Positions 54,651 through 64,000 of a stretch of DNA of 64,000 nt are shown in pieces. The first letter of the stretch is position 1; every line of letters begins with the position of its first letter. Location of the stretch: the NCBI GenBank assembly GCA_002282385.1, contig NCJG01000004.1, positions 12,254-76,253 of the forward strand. Direction: 5' to 3'. Made by a program: the position numbers and the translations under genes. This DNA is from Sphingomonadales bacterium 39-57-19. Its GTDB lineage: Bacteria; Pseudomonadota; Alphaproteobacteria; Sphingomonadales; Sphingomonadaceae. The notes below the pieces were generated by a model. That model saw nothing but the letters and a program-made list of their open reading frames with translations. It was not told the DNA's origin and did no database searches.

Positions 54651-56135
54651 TTATTTTTCCAAACGTACCGTCACATATTGTGTGGCGACGCCGCGGCGTT
54701 TGACGCCCAGCAAGATCGCGCCACGACCGGCTGCCTTCGCTTCCTTAACGACATCGGCGAGACCGGCTGCTGTGCTCACCGGCTTGTAGTTTGCCGATAC
54801 GATGACATCACCACGACGCAGACCAACCTGCGCACCCGTACCGGTGCCCGGAACGTCAATAACGACACCCTTTGTGTCGGTCGTCATGCCAAGCGCGCGG
54901 GCGATTTCGGCATCAAGCGGAATAACGCTGATGCCCATAGCATCGCGCACAACCTTTGAATCTGCCGTGTCGCTTTGCTTGTCGAAATCCTTGTTTTCTT
55001 CAGGATTGAAACTTTGCGCCAACTTCTCTTCTGGAGGACGTGCGCCGACGGTTGCGGTCAGCTTCAGCGGCTTGCCTTCGCGTAAGATTTCCAGCGGAAT
55101 GCGTGTGCCAGGTTTGATATTGGCGACGATGAACGACAGCGTGGCTTCAGGCGAAACCTCGCGGTCATTGACACGCAGAACGATGTCGCCTTCCTTCAGG
55201 CCAGCCTTATCAGCGGCTTCGCCAGCAACAACGCGCGCGACAAATTCGCCGCGGTTCTTGTCCAAACCAAGTGCGTCGGCGGTATCCTCATCAACGGGCC
55301 GGATGCTGATCCCCAAATAGCCACGTTCCGGACGGACACCCTTTTTCAGGGATTCGACAACAGGAATGGCTTCTTCTGCGGGAATGGCAAATCCGACGCC
55401 GATATTCGCGCCGACTGGTGAAATCAGGCGGTTGTTGATGCCAACGACTTCGCCCTTGAGGTTGAACAAGGGACCACCCGAGTTGCCGGGGTTGATAGCG
55501 GTGTCGGTTTGAATGAAGCGGTCATACGCACCACCGGCTCCAATGTTACGCTGAAGCGCGGAGATGATGCCCGCGGTCACGGTGTTGCCGAGGCCAAGCG
55601 GGTTACCGATTGCAATGACCCAGTCACCCACACGGCTTTTCTTGGAATCTGCCATTTTGACGAACGGCAAATCGGTCGCACGGATTTTGAGCAACGCGAT
55701 GTCTGACTGTGGATCACGGCCGACGATTTCGGCCTGATATTCCTTGCCATCAAACAAGGTGACGGTCACGCGGTCAACCGCATCGCCCGATGGGCCACCC
55801 GCGACAACATGGTTGTTGGTCACGATATAGCCATCGCTCGAGATCAAAAAGCCTGAGCCACCGCTTGCTTGGTCCTGTGTTACGGGACGGCTTTCGCCGG
55901 TTAGCGGGTTAAAGCTGGTGGCGACCTGCACCTTTTTACGCGTGGCGATGTTGACCACCGCTGGCTGCAACTGTGCTGCCAAGTCTGCAAAGCTTGACGG
56001 TGCGCCGCCGGGCGCGAGATTAACTTGTTCCGAAACAGCAAGGCCGGTTTGCGCGGTCACGGGATTGTCGTTGACAAAAGCTACGGCGGCACCTGTCATT
56101 AAAAGCGCGGTGGTAACTGCATAAGCGTAACGCAC
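54651..56135 (-). CDS. Do/DegP-family periplasmic serine protease with two PDZ domains
   Basis: Motifs TNNHV, SDIALL and INPGNSGGP; GTG start (MRYAY) 9 nt after GAGAGGA. Confidence 0.95.
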   Translation of the reverse strand: MRYAYAVTTALLMTGAAVAFVNDNPVTAQTGLAVSEQVNLAPGGAPSSFADLAAQLQPAVVNIATRKKVQVATSFNPLTGESRPVTQDQASGGSGFLISSDGYIVTNNHVVAGGPSGDAVDRVTVTLFDGKEYQAEIVGRDPQSDIALLKIRATDLPFVKMADSKKSRVGDWVIAIGNPLGLGNTVTAGIISALQRNIGAGGAYDRFIQTDTAINPGNSGGPLFNLKGEVVGINNRLISPVGANIGVGFAIPAEEAIPVVESLKKGVRPERGYLGISIRPVDEDTADALGLDKNRGEFVARVVAGEAADKAGLKEGDIVLRVNDREVSPEATLSFIVANIKPGTRIPLEILREGKPLKLTATVGARPPEEKLAQSFNPEENKDFDKQSDTADSKVVRDAMGISVIPLDAEIARALGMTTDTKGVVIDVPGTGTGAQVGLRRGDVIVSANYKPVSTAAGLADVVKEAKAAGRGAILLGVKRRGVATQYVTVRLEK

Positions 56136-56261
56136 GGATATCATTCCTCTCGTATATTCATCTGGGCAGCAGGCCCGAAAGTCCGCCATTCGATGGCGTG
56201 GTAAAGCTTAACGCCAATTGAATGGATGCCATCCAATTGGCCAAATGCATCCGTCGTTCGA

Positions 56262-57107
56262 CTAACGCCCGGTACGGAATTTCTCAAGATAGGCGTTTTG
56301 CGGGGACAAGATGATGTTGCTTGATCCTTCGCCATTCTGGAATGTCTGGCGATAGCTCTGCATGGCGCGATAGAAGTCGTAGAACCCCGGATCCTTGCCA
56401 TAGCTGATGGCATAGATACGTGCGGCTTCGGCTTCGGCATCTGCGCGGATAATCTGCGCTTCTTTCTGGCCCTCGGCATCAATCGCAATCGCTTCCTGAT
56501 TCCGCGCGCTGCGCATCCGGTTATAGGCCGACTGCAAAGTCGCTGCGGGCAAATCGGCGCGCTTAATGCGGACATCAATGACTTCTGCGCCATATTTCTT
56601 GGCTTCACGGTTCAACGCCGTCTGGATATTTTCCATAACTTCGCCGCGCTCGGCACTCAGCAAGGCAACAAAGGTGCGCTTGCCCAATTCGTTGCGAAGC
56701 GATGAGCCCAAGATTGTCTTCAACTGGTCGCGTAGGCGATCTTCGGTACGGATGGTCCGATACATCACATCAGGTTGCGTGACACGAAACCGGGCAAAAG
56801 CATCGACTTGCAGGCGCAGCTGGTCGGTGGAAAGCACTTCCTGCTGATCCATTTCGACGCTCAACACGCGCTTGTCGATAATCTGGATTTGTTCAACAAG
56901 CGGCACACGGAAGGTGAGGCCGGCACGTGTTTCGCCAAATCGTTCGTTCGGACGATATTTGTTCACAACGCGGTCAACCTTGCCGTAGCTGCTGATAATC
57001 GCTTGTTGCGTTTCAGGGACGATGGTGACCGACATGCTCAACAAAATGAGCGTACCGATCCCAATCAATGCCAGATAAACGGGGTTTCTGATGATATTCG
57101 TCATCAT
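56262..57107 (-). CDS. hflC: FtsH modulator HflC
   Basis: SPFH domain; motifs VDAFARFR, DVRIKRADLP and FYDFYR; follows hflK. Confidence 0.93.
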   Translation of the reverse strand: MMTNIIRNPVYLALIGIGTLILLSMSVTIVPETQQAIISSYGKVDRVVNKYRPNERFGETRAGLTFRVPLVEQIQIIDKRVLSVEMDQQEVLSTDQLRLQVDAFARFRVTQPDVMYRTIRTEDRLRDQLKTILGSSLRNELGKRTFVALLSAERGEVMENIQTALNREAKKYGAEVIDVRIKRADLPAATLQSAYNRMRSARNQEAIAIDAEGQKEAQIIRADAEAEAARIYAISYGKDPGFYDFYRAMQSYRQTFQNGEGSSNIILSPQNAYLEKFRTGR

Positions 57108-58225
57108 TGCTTTTTTCCTGTCACAACAACGGGTTCAGCCTTTTGTGCGGCCTTTTTCTGAAATTCAGGGAGCGGGAGGTACGGCGTCACGCCGCCGGTT
57201 TCGACAATCGTCTTGTCGACCTTGCCAAGCACTTGCTCCATCGTTTCGTAATACAACCGCCTTTTGGTGACTTCGGGCGCTTCCTTATACTGCACGTAAA
57301 TCTTGTCGAACTCGGCAGTTTCACCCAGCGCCAACTCGGTAACGCGGCTGGCATACGCGCGCGCATCGTTCAGATAGCTCTCGCGGCGTTGTTGCGCCGC
57401 GTTTACTTCGCGGAATGCGTCATTCACTTCCGCGGGTGGGTCTGATTGACGGATCGAAATGCTCTGCACCAACACACCGGCGCGATATTCGTCCAATATC
57501 TGCTGCATGCGGCGGCGCACTTCCAATTCGATTGCGCCACGGCCCGGGCCAATGGCTTGGGTCAGATCAAAATTGGCAACGGCGGCGCGCATGGCGCTTT
57601 CCGCGACTTCCTTGACCGTGCCTTCAGGGCTGTCGAGTTGAAACAGGAACAATGAGGGGCTCTTGATCGACCAGCGGACGTCATAGGCCATATCGATGAT
57701 GCTCTGGTCTTTGGTCAGGACCAGATTTTCGCTGCTTGCCTTAGGAGAGCCGATGGAGGTCGTCTGAATCTGCTTGGTATCAATCTTGGTGATATTCTCG
57801 ATGGGCGAGGGCAGCGTGAAACGAATGCCGGGCTGCACCGTGCGGGAATATTTGCCAAGCTGGGTAACAACGCCTTCCTGTTCAGGGCCAATCCGGTGAA
57901 TCGTTGACCAAGCCAGCCAGAGCAACAGAAAGCCACCGACGATAATCGGCCACCAGCTTTTGCCATCCGGCCGTTGCGGAATGCCACCAAAGCCACCGCC
58001 TTTGCGGCGCAGCAATTCTTCCAATGATGGGCCACGGGTCCGCGATTGTTTCGCCGCACCTTCCGGCGTCGGGTCCCACGGATTAACCGGATCAGGCTTT
58101 GATCGGCCGCCTTTTTCATTTGCGTTACCGGATGTACCGGTGTCGTGGGAATCGTCTGAATCCCACGGTCCTTTGCCTTCTACCGCCAAAATATGTGACC
58201 CCTGCTCGTCAATTTTTCTGCTCAT
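57104..58225 (-). CDS. hflK: FtsH modulator HflK
   Basis: N-terminal GPW/PW repeats; motifs LVLTKD, VNDAF and RLYYETME. Confidence 0.93.
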   Translation of the reverse strand: MSRKIDEQGSHILAVEGKGPWDSDDSHDTGTSGNANEKGGRSKPDPVNPWDPTPEGAAKQSRTRGPSLEELLRRKGGGFGGIPQRPDGKSWWPIIVGGFLLLWLAWSTIHRIGPEQEGVVTQLGKYSRTVQPGIRFTLPSPIENITKIDTKQIQTTSIGSPKASSENLVLTKDQSIIDMAYDVRWSIKSPSLFLFQLDSPEGTVKEVAESAMRAAVANFDLTQAIGPGRGAIELEVRRRMQQILDEYRAGVLVQSISIRQSDPPAEVNDAFREVNAAQQRRESYLNDARAYASRVTELALGETAEFDKIYVQYKEAPEVTKRRLYYETMEQVLGKVDKTIVETGGVTPYLPLPEFQKKAAQKAEPVVVTGKKQ

Positions 58226-58296
58226 AAAGTCTATGTAGTAGCGGTTTTTCAGAAAAACAGTGTCAATCCCGCAATTCTGAATCTATTCGGCATGAT

Positions 58297-59271
58297 ATGC
58301 CAAATATTGATCATTTTTCTGATATAATTTCCGCCGTTGCCGGCGCACGTGCGAGCGGTTTGAAAATCGTCGATGGCGCGGTTTCGCTTATGCTAGACGT
58401 GTCGGGCTTGAACGCGGATGCGCGTGCACAAATGGAGGCTGATGTTCGCAGCGCGGTTGAACGTGCAGGCGCGACGTCGGTCCGGATCATGTTGACGGCG
58501 GAACGGATTACGCCGCGCTTGATTGCTGTGGCCAGCGGCAAAGGTGGCGTGGGTAAATCAACGCTGTCTACAAACCTTGCCATCGCCATGGCGCGGGCAG
58601 GCCGATCGGTCGGGCTTGTCGATGCCGATATCTACGGCCCATCGCAACCACGGTTGATGGGTGTTGAGGGCGTGAAGCCTGAAGCCGAAGGCAAGAATAT
58701 GATACCCGTAATGGGCGCGGGCGGTGTGCCTTTCCTGTCGATGGGTCAGTTGGTCAATCCGGGTCAGGCCATTGCGTGGCGTGGCCCCATGGCGGGCAAT
58801 GCCCTGTCGCAGCTTGTCGACGCCAAATGGGGGGATGTGCGCGACATCGTGGTCGATATGCCGCCGGGTACGGGTGATATCCAGTTGTCGATGATCCAAA
58901 AGCACAAGCCGGTCGGCGCCGTTATCATTTCAACCCCGCAGGATTTGGCGTTGATTGACGCCACCCGCGCGATCAGCTTTTTTGACACCGCGAAAGTCCC
59001 GATCATTGGGCTCGTTGAAAATATGGCAGGCTATCTCTGTCCGCATTGCGGCGAAATGAGCGATCCTTTTGGCTCCGGCGGAGCCGAAGCGGCGGCAAAG
59101 GAACTGGGCATTCCGTTTTTGGGCCGCATTCCGCTGGATATCAAAATCCGCATGGCAAGCGATGCGGGCAATCCGCCGGCACTGGATGAAGGCCCCATTA
59201 GCGATGCCTATGCCGCGATTGCCCGGCAAGTATCCGCATGGATGGACGCGCCAAAGGCCGCGCCTGCATGA
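58297..59271 (+). CDS. mrp: Mrp/ApbC/NBP35 Fe-S cluster carrier ATPase
   Basis: Motifs GKGGVGKS, DADIYGPS, DMPPGTGD and ENM-CPHC. Confidence 0.95.
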   Translation: MPNIDHFSDIISAVAGARASGLKIVDGAVSLMLDVSGLNADARAQMEADVRSAVERAGATSVRIMLTAERITPRLIAVASGKGGVGKSTLSTNLAIAMARAGRSVGLVDADIYGPSQPRLMGVEGVKPEAEGKNMIPVMGAGGVPFLSMGQLVNPGQAIAWRGPMAGNALSQLVDAKWGDVRDIVVDMPPGTGDIQLSMIQKHKPVGAVIISTPQDLALIDATRAISFFDTAKVPIIGLVENMAGYLCPHCGEMSDPFGSGGAEAAAKELGIPFLGRIPLDIKIRMASDAGNPPALDEGPISDAYAAIARQVSAWMDAPKAAPA

Positions 59272-61544
59272 CGGAAGACGCAGCGGCAAGCGAAGGCATT
59301 AGCCGCCGAAAGCTGCTCATTGGTGGCGGCGCTGGCGTCGGTTTGCTTGTGGCTTGGGGCCTGTGGCCCCGCCGCTATACGCCCAATTTACGGACGGTAG
59401 AGGGCGAGCATCTTTTCGGACCGTGGCTGAAAATAGCCGAAGACGGCAAAATCGTCGTCGGCATTCCACAAAGCGAGTCTGGCCAAGGCGTGTATACGGC
59501 ATTGGCGCAGATCGTCGCCGGAGAGCTTGGTGCTGACTGGCGATCGGTGGCAGTCCAGCCAGTGCCGCCAAGTCCGATATTCGCAAATACGTTATTGGCG
59601 CGCGAATGGGCCCCGGCATTCATGCCCGAAAACCTCTCGCTCAACGCAGATGGCGGTCCTGTTGCCAGCAGCATTAACGAACTTGCGAGACGCGACGTCT
59701 TTGTTGTGACCGGCGGATCATCCTCCATAAGGCAGTTTGAACAGCCATGCCGTGAAGCTGGGGCAGCGGCCCGGGCGGTCTTGTGTCAGGCCGCGGCAGC
59801 GCGCTGGGACATTTCGTGGGAACAGTGCCAAACGGACCGCGGCTTTGTGGTCTTTGGAAAGAAACGCCTCGCATTTGCTGATCTTGTCATTGAAGCGTCA
59901 GAGCTCGCACCGCCATCGCCGGTTCCGTTGCATCCATCGCCGCGCAACCGCCTTTCGGGCCGTGACGCACCGCGGCTCGATTTGTCTGCCAAGGTCGATG
60001 GCAGCGCAAGCTTTGCGGGCGATATTCGTCTGCCCGATATGCTTTACGCGTCGGTCCGGGGCGGTCCTGCGGGCGACAGTAGGTTGAAATCCGCCAACAC
60101 AAAAGCGGCACTGAAAATACGCGGCGTGGTGCAAGTTGTGCGGACCAAAAGCTGGGTTGCTGCGGTGGCAAGCAACTGGTGGGCAGCCAACACCGCGCTC
60201 GATGCAATGAAGCCCGTCTTCGCAACCAAAGGTGGCCTGGCGGACAGCCAGAAAATTGGTCAGTCGCTCAGCGACGCGATCGCCAAAGGCCCCGGCTTCC
60301 GTGCATTCAAATCAGGCGACGTTGATGCTGCAATGGCACCCGAGACGGCAACGCGCATTTTTAAAGCCGACTATTCGGTGGGTGCGGCGGTGCACGCCCC
60401 TATTGAAACACGTTCAGCGACGGCGGATTATCGCAACGGTCGTCTGCAATTATGGATCGCATCACAAGCGCCTCAGGCCGCGCGGGTTGCCGCGGCAAAC
60501 GCCATCGGCATAGATGTAAATGATGTCGTTCTCTACCCCGTCATGGCGGGCGGAAGTTTCGACCGTAATTTTGACAATGTGATCGCCGCGCAAGTCGCAG
60601 TCATTGCCAAGGAAGTGGGCCGACCGGTGCAACTGGTGTGGTCGCGCCCTGAAGATTTCCTGCGGGATCATGTCCGTACACCGGCGCTGGGCCGTTTATC
60701 CGCCGCGATAAATGCCGAAGGCGCAGTGACCGCCATGAGCGTGCGGGTGGCGGCGGCATCCAGCATGCGTGAGCTTGCAAACCGTATGGATGGGCAAAGC
60801 GTTGACGCAGCGCGCAAGGCGTCCGCAGGCGAATTTGATGCGCTCGCGGTGCGCGGTGCGGAGATACCATATGCGATTCCCAATCTGACGATTGACCATT
60901 TTCCCGTGCGCATGACGGTGCCAACCGGGCCGTGGCGGAGCCTTGCGCACAGCTACAACTGCTTCTTTGTCGAAGGTTTCATTGATGAGCTTGCGCAGAA
61001 AGCTGGTGTTGAGCCCTTGTCGTTTCGCATGCAAATGCTTGTCGGCCAAACGCGGCTTGCCCGATGCCTTACGGGCGTCGCCAACATGGCGGGATGGGAC
61101 GGGGGCGGCTCGGGCAGCGGACGCGGCATTGCGTGCCACAGCATGCGCGGCAGCCACATTGCCGTTATCGTGACGGCGCGTACCAGCGAAACCGGCGTGC
61201 GTGTCGACCGTATTCATGCGATGGCGGATTGCGGGCGGCTTATTAATCCTGATCTGGCGCGCCAGCAGATTGAGGGCGGCATCGTTTTCGGATTGGCACA
61301 AGCATTGGGTTCAACAACCGAATATCAAAACGGCCTGCCAACCGCCCGCCGTCTGCGCGATGTGGACCTGCCGAAATTGGTAGACGTGCCGGAAATCACC
61401 GTTGAATTTGCACGCAGCGATGCGGCACCGGGCGGTGTGACTGAACTCGGGGTGCCGCCAGTTGCCCCCGCACTTGCAAACGCTTTATTCTCCGCAGCGG
61501 GAATACGTTTGCGTGAACTTCCATTGCTGTCCCGGGGACTATAA
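59268..61544 (+). CDS. IorB-like xanthine dehydrogenase-family molybdopterin-binding subunit (orphan)
   Basis: Tat-like SRRKLL leader; motifs GQG, TGGSSS, KVDG and QIEGG; coupled to mrp (ATGA) and hemH (TAATG). Confidence 0.88.
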   Translation: MTEDAAASEGISRRKLLIGGGAGVGLLVAWGLWPRRYTPNLRTVEGEHLFGPWLKIAEDGKIVVGIPQSESGQGVYTALAQIVAGELGADWRSVAVQPVPPSPIFANTLLAREWAPAFMPENLSLNADGGPVASSINELARRDVFVVTGGSSSIRQFEQPCREAGAAARAVLCQAAAARWDISWEQCQTDRGFVVFGKKRLAFADLVIEASELAPPSPVPLHPSPRNRLSGRDAPRLDLSAKVDGSASFAGDIRLPDMLYASVRGGPAGDSRLKSANTKAALKIRGVVQVVRTKSWVAAVASNWWAANTALDAMKPVFATKGGLADSQKIGQSLSDAIAKGPGFRAFKSGDVDAAMAPETATRIFKADYSVGAAVHAPIETRSATADYRNGRLQLWIASQAPQAARVAAANAIGIDVNDVVLYPVMAGGSFDRNFDNVIAAQVAVIAKEVGRPVQLVWSRPEDFLRDHVRTPALGRLSAAINAEGAVTAMSVRVAAASSMRELANRMDGQSVDAARKASAGEFDALAVRGAEIPYAIPNLTIDHFPVRMTVPTGPWRSLAHSYNCFFVEGFIDELAQKAGVEPLSFRMQMLVGQTRLARCLTGVANMAGWDGGGSGSGRGIACHSMRGSHIAVIVTARTSETGVRVDRIHAMADCGRLINPDLARQQIEGGIVFGLAQALGSTTEYQNGLPTARRLRDVDLPKLVDVPEITVEFARSDAAPGGVTELGVPPVAPALANALFSAAGIRLRELPLLSRGL

Positions 61545-62542
61545 TGACATTACCAACGAACCACCCACCCGTAGCGACGCCCAAAGTCGGCGTCCTGCTG
61601 GTGAATCTGGGCACGCCAGACGCACCGACCACGTCAGCGGTGAAGCGCTATTTGAAACAGTTTTTGTCGGATCGACGCGTTGTCGAAATTCCGCCTTTGC
61701 TGTGGCAACCGATTTTGCGCGGCATCATTTTGAACACCCGTCCGCAAAAATCCGCGAAGGCATATGCCAAGGTATGGACGGAAAAAGGATCGCCGCTCGC
61801 ATTTTTCACAGCCGGACAGGCGGAAGCTTTGCAGGCGCGTATGGAAGGGATCGCCGATGTGCGGTACGCCATGCGCTATGGCAATCCGTCGGTCGCTGAC
61901 CAATTGGCCGCCATGAAAGCGGCGGGGTGCAACCGGATTTTGATTGCGCCATTATATCCGCAATATTCGGGGGCGACGACAGGTACTGTGCTGGATGAGG
62001 CATATGCCACGCTTACCGCCATGCGTTGGCATCCGGCGATCCGCACGCTGCCCGCTTATCATGACGACGCGCGCTATATCGGCGCCTTGAAGTCGTCGAT
62101 TGAGGCGTCGCTTGCGAAACTGGATTTCGTCCCCGACGCGCTTGTGATCAGTTTCCACGGGATGCCGGAACGGACACTCCATTTGGGTGACCCTTATCAT
62201 TGCCACTGCCAAAAAACCGCACGGCTGCTGTCGGAAGCCATGGGCCGCGCGCTTGTTGTGAGCTTCCAATCCCGCTTTGGGCGGGCAAAATGGCTTGAAC
62301 CCGCCACGGATGACACGCTGATGAAGCTGGCGCGCGAAGGGACGAAGAAAGTCGCGATCTTTGCGCCGGGCTTTTCGGTCGATTGCCTCGAAACGCTCGA
62401 AGAGCTCGCGATGCAAGGGCATGAGCAGTTCGAAGAAGCAGGGGGCACGCATTATGCCTATCTGCCGTGCCTGAACGACAGCGATATCGGCATGGATATG
62501 CTTGAACAGATTATCGGGCAGGAACTCGCTGGCTGGATATAA
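61544..62542 (+). CDS. hemH: Ferrochelatase
   Basis: Motifs NLGTP, MRYGNP, LYPQYS, SFHG, FQSRFG and DCLETLEE. Confidence 0.97.
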   Translation: MTLPTNHPPVATPKVGVLLVNLGTPDAPTTSAVKRYLKQFLSDRRVVEIPPLLWQPILRGIILNTRPQKSAKAYAKVWTEKGSPLAFFTAGQAEALQARMEGIADVRYAMRYGNPSVADQLAAMKAAGCNRILIAPLYPQYSGATTGTVLDEAYATLTAMRWHPAIRTLPAYHDDARYIGALKSSIEASLAKLDFVPDALVISFHGMPERTLHLGDPYHCHCQKTARLLSEAMGRALVVSFQSRFGRAKWLEPATDDTLMKLAREGTKKVAIFAPGFSVDCLETLEELAMQGHEQFEEAGGTHYAYLPCLNDSDIGMDMLEQIIGQELAGWI

Positions 62543-62651
62543 TCGTAGGCACAGCGTGGCTGCGGCTTTTTTGTGCTAACGTTTACGGCAACTTGCACTT
62601 GCACATCAGTGCATTAATCATCACAAAAAATGACAATCAGGAGAACGGTGT

Positions 62652-63374
62652 ATGTCACGAATTGCGGTGGTTACAGGCGGAACCAGAGGTATTGGCGAAG
62701 CGATCTGTTTGAAGCTTCAAGAAAAAGGCCGGATGGTCATCGCCAATTACGGTGGCAATGACGCAGCCGCTAAGGCTTTCTCAGAACGGACCGGCATTGC
62801 GGTGCGGAAGTGGGACGTTGGCGATCACCAAAGCTGTCTGGACGCCTGCGCGGCGATTGAGGCCGAGTTCGGGCCGATCGACATCATGGTCAACAATGCG
62901 GGCATCACCCGCGATGCTACGATGATGAAGATGACCTTTGAACAATGGGACGAAGTGATCCGTGTCGACCTGACGGGTTGTTTCAACATGGCCAAGGCGG
63001 TGTTTGCCGGCATGCGCGAACGCAAATGGGGCCGCATCGTAAACATCGGCTCAGTCAACGGTCAGGGCGGCCAAATTGGTCAGGTGAACTACGCGGCCGC
63101 GAAATCAGGCATCCATGGCTTTACCAAATCGCTTGCCGCTGAAGGCGCGCGTTATGGCGTGACCGCCAATGCAATCGCACCGGGCTATATCGGCACCGAA
63201 ATGCTCTCGACCATCCCGGAAAATGTGATGGAAAAGATCGTCGCGCAAATTCCCGTCGGCCGATTGGGTGAACCAGACGAAATCGCCCGCGGCGTCGAAT
63301 TTTTGACGAGCGACAATGCAGGCTTCATCACCGGTTCGACTTTGTCGATCAACGGTGGCCAGCACATGTATTGA
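62652..63374 (+). CDS. phbB: Acetoacetyl-CoA reductase
   Basis: Motifs TGGTRGIG, NAGITRD, GQVNYAAAK and IAPGYI; AGGAGA RBS. Confidence 0.9.
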   Translation: MSRIAVVTGGTRGIGEAICLKLQEKGRMVIANYGGNDAAAKAFSERTGIAVRKWDVGDHQSCLDACAAIEAEFGPIDIMVNNAGITRDATMMKMTFEQWDEVIRVDLTGCFNMAKAVFAGMRERKWGRIVNIGSVNGQGGQIGQVNYAAAKSGIHGFTKSLAAEGARYGVTANAIAPGYIGTEMLSTIPENVMEKIVAQIPVGRLGEPDEIARGVEFLTSDNAGFITGSTLSINGGQHMY

Positions 63375-63387
63375 TGGTCGTCGGCGG

Positions 63388-63615
63388 GTGAGCGACATTT
63401 ATCATCCACCCGTCAAGCGCAGCATGACGGTGGCGGGGCATCAAACCTCCATCAGTCTGGAACCGCTTTTCTGGGACGCGTTGAAACGGGCTGCCGAGCA
63501 GAAGGATTTGCCCGTCAATGCGTTGGTCGCGCAAATCGATGTTGAGCGTCTGGAGTCGGGCACGCCCTGCGGGTTGGCGAGTGCGATCCGGTTGTGGGTG
63601 ATGGCGAACGCATAA
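63388..63615 (+). CDS. Ribbon-helix-helix domain protein (RHH_4-like)
   Basis: Motifs KRSMTVAGHQTSISLE...FW and LASAIR; GTG start. Confidence 0.85.
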   Translation: MSDIYHPPVKRSMTVAGHQTSISLEPLFWDALKRAAEQKDLPVNALVAQIDVERLESGTPCGLASAIRLWVMANA

Positions 63616-63646
63616 AGGGTTCCGTCACATCGACCTGTCCGGTCGG

Positions 63647-64000
63647 TTAAAGCCCTGCTTCGACCGCTATTCGGACGGCATCTGCCGCATTCGACGTCGA
63701 CAGTTTCTTGAACATCAGCATGCGGTGCATCTGAACCGTTTTTTCGCTTAAGGACAACCGATACGCAATCTGCTTTGTCCGGAAACCGCGGGCCATCTGC
63801 TGCAAAATTTCGCGCTGGCGGGGCGAAAGCCGGTCGACAATCTGTGCAGCCTGTTGTTGCCGCACCAGCCCAATGCTTTCCTCTTCGGGCAGCACTTCGA
63901 TCTGGGACCCGACGAACAGCTCAAGATTCCCATCATCGTCGAACAATGGCGCAATCATCACCGCGTTGCGAAAGGGGGAGCCGTCTTTCCGGTAATTGAT
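63647..64000 (-). CDS. PAS/LOV-LuxR HTH regulator, EL222-like, 5'-truncated
   Basis: In frame from 64000: INYRKDGSPFRNAV (PAS/LOV C-terminal strand), GSQ, then LSPRQ...LSEKTVQMHR...VRIAVEAG. Confidence 0.85.
   Translation of the reverse strand: MNYRKDGSPFRNAVMIAPLFDDDGNLELFVGSQIEVLPEEESIGLVRQQQAAQIVDRLSPRQREILQQMARGFRTKQIAYRLSLSEKTVQMHRMLMFKKLSTSNAADAVRIAVEAGL

Overview
Core-chromosome window of an alphaproteobacterium. Gene content and order point to Sphingomonadales, possibly Sphingorhabdus-like (inference). It is mostly housekeeping: pyrD (partial), ggt, fadD-like, tlyA, sppA, ppa, hisS-prfA, nadA/B/C, folE, tal, priA, fabD-G/acpP/fabF/mltG, rpsF-rpsR-rplI, tRNA-Met, fnrL, hflKC-degP, mrp, hemH and phbB. 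One clear accessory locus (13.25-20.8 kb) is a sulfoquinovose monooxygenase (sulfo-SMO) catabolic cluster: GH31 sulfoquinovosidase, SmoC-like monooxygenase, SmoB-like reductase, LacI and a divergent TonB receptor. It has no flavin reductase and no inner-membrane transporter. The most unexplained features are: (i) an unannotated ~200-nt transcription unit with a 15-nt perfect complement of the 16S rRNA 3' end driving a 19-codon ORF, with its own terminator; (ii) a non-canonical crotonase packed into the fabD-fabG operon; (iii) a MurC-like ligase with an altered amino-acid-binding motif divergent from an LD-carboxypeptidase, with a four-way-junction palindrome between them; (iv) a collapsed inverted-repeat element holding what looks like the 5' stub of a GxxExxY gene; (v) several REP/REPIN-like palindromes with compensatory changes; (vi) an orphan IorB-like protein coupled between mrp and hemH; and (vii) an EL222-like PAS/LOV-LuxR regulator cut by the window end. 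I saw no CRISPR array, integrase, transposase or rRNA. All family assignments come from motif recognition, not database searches.
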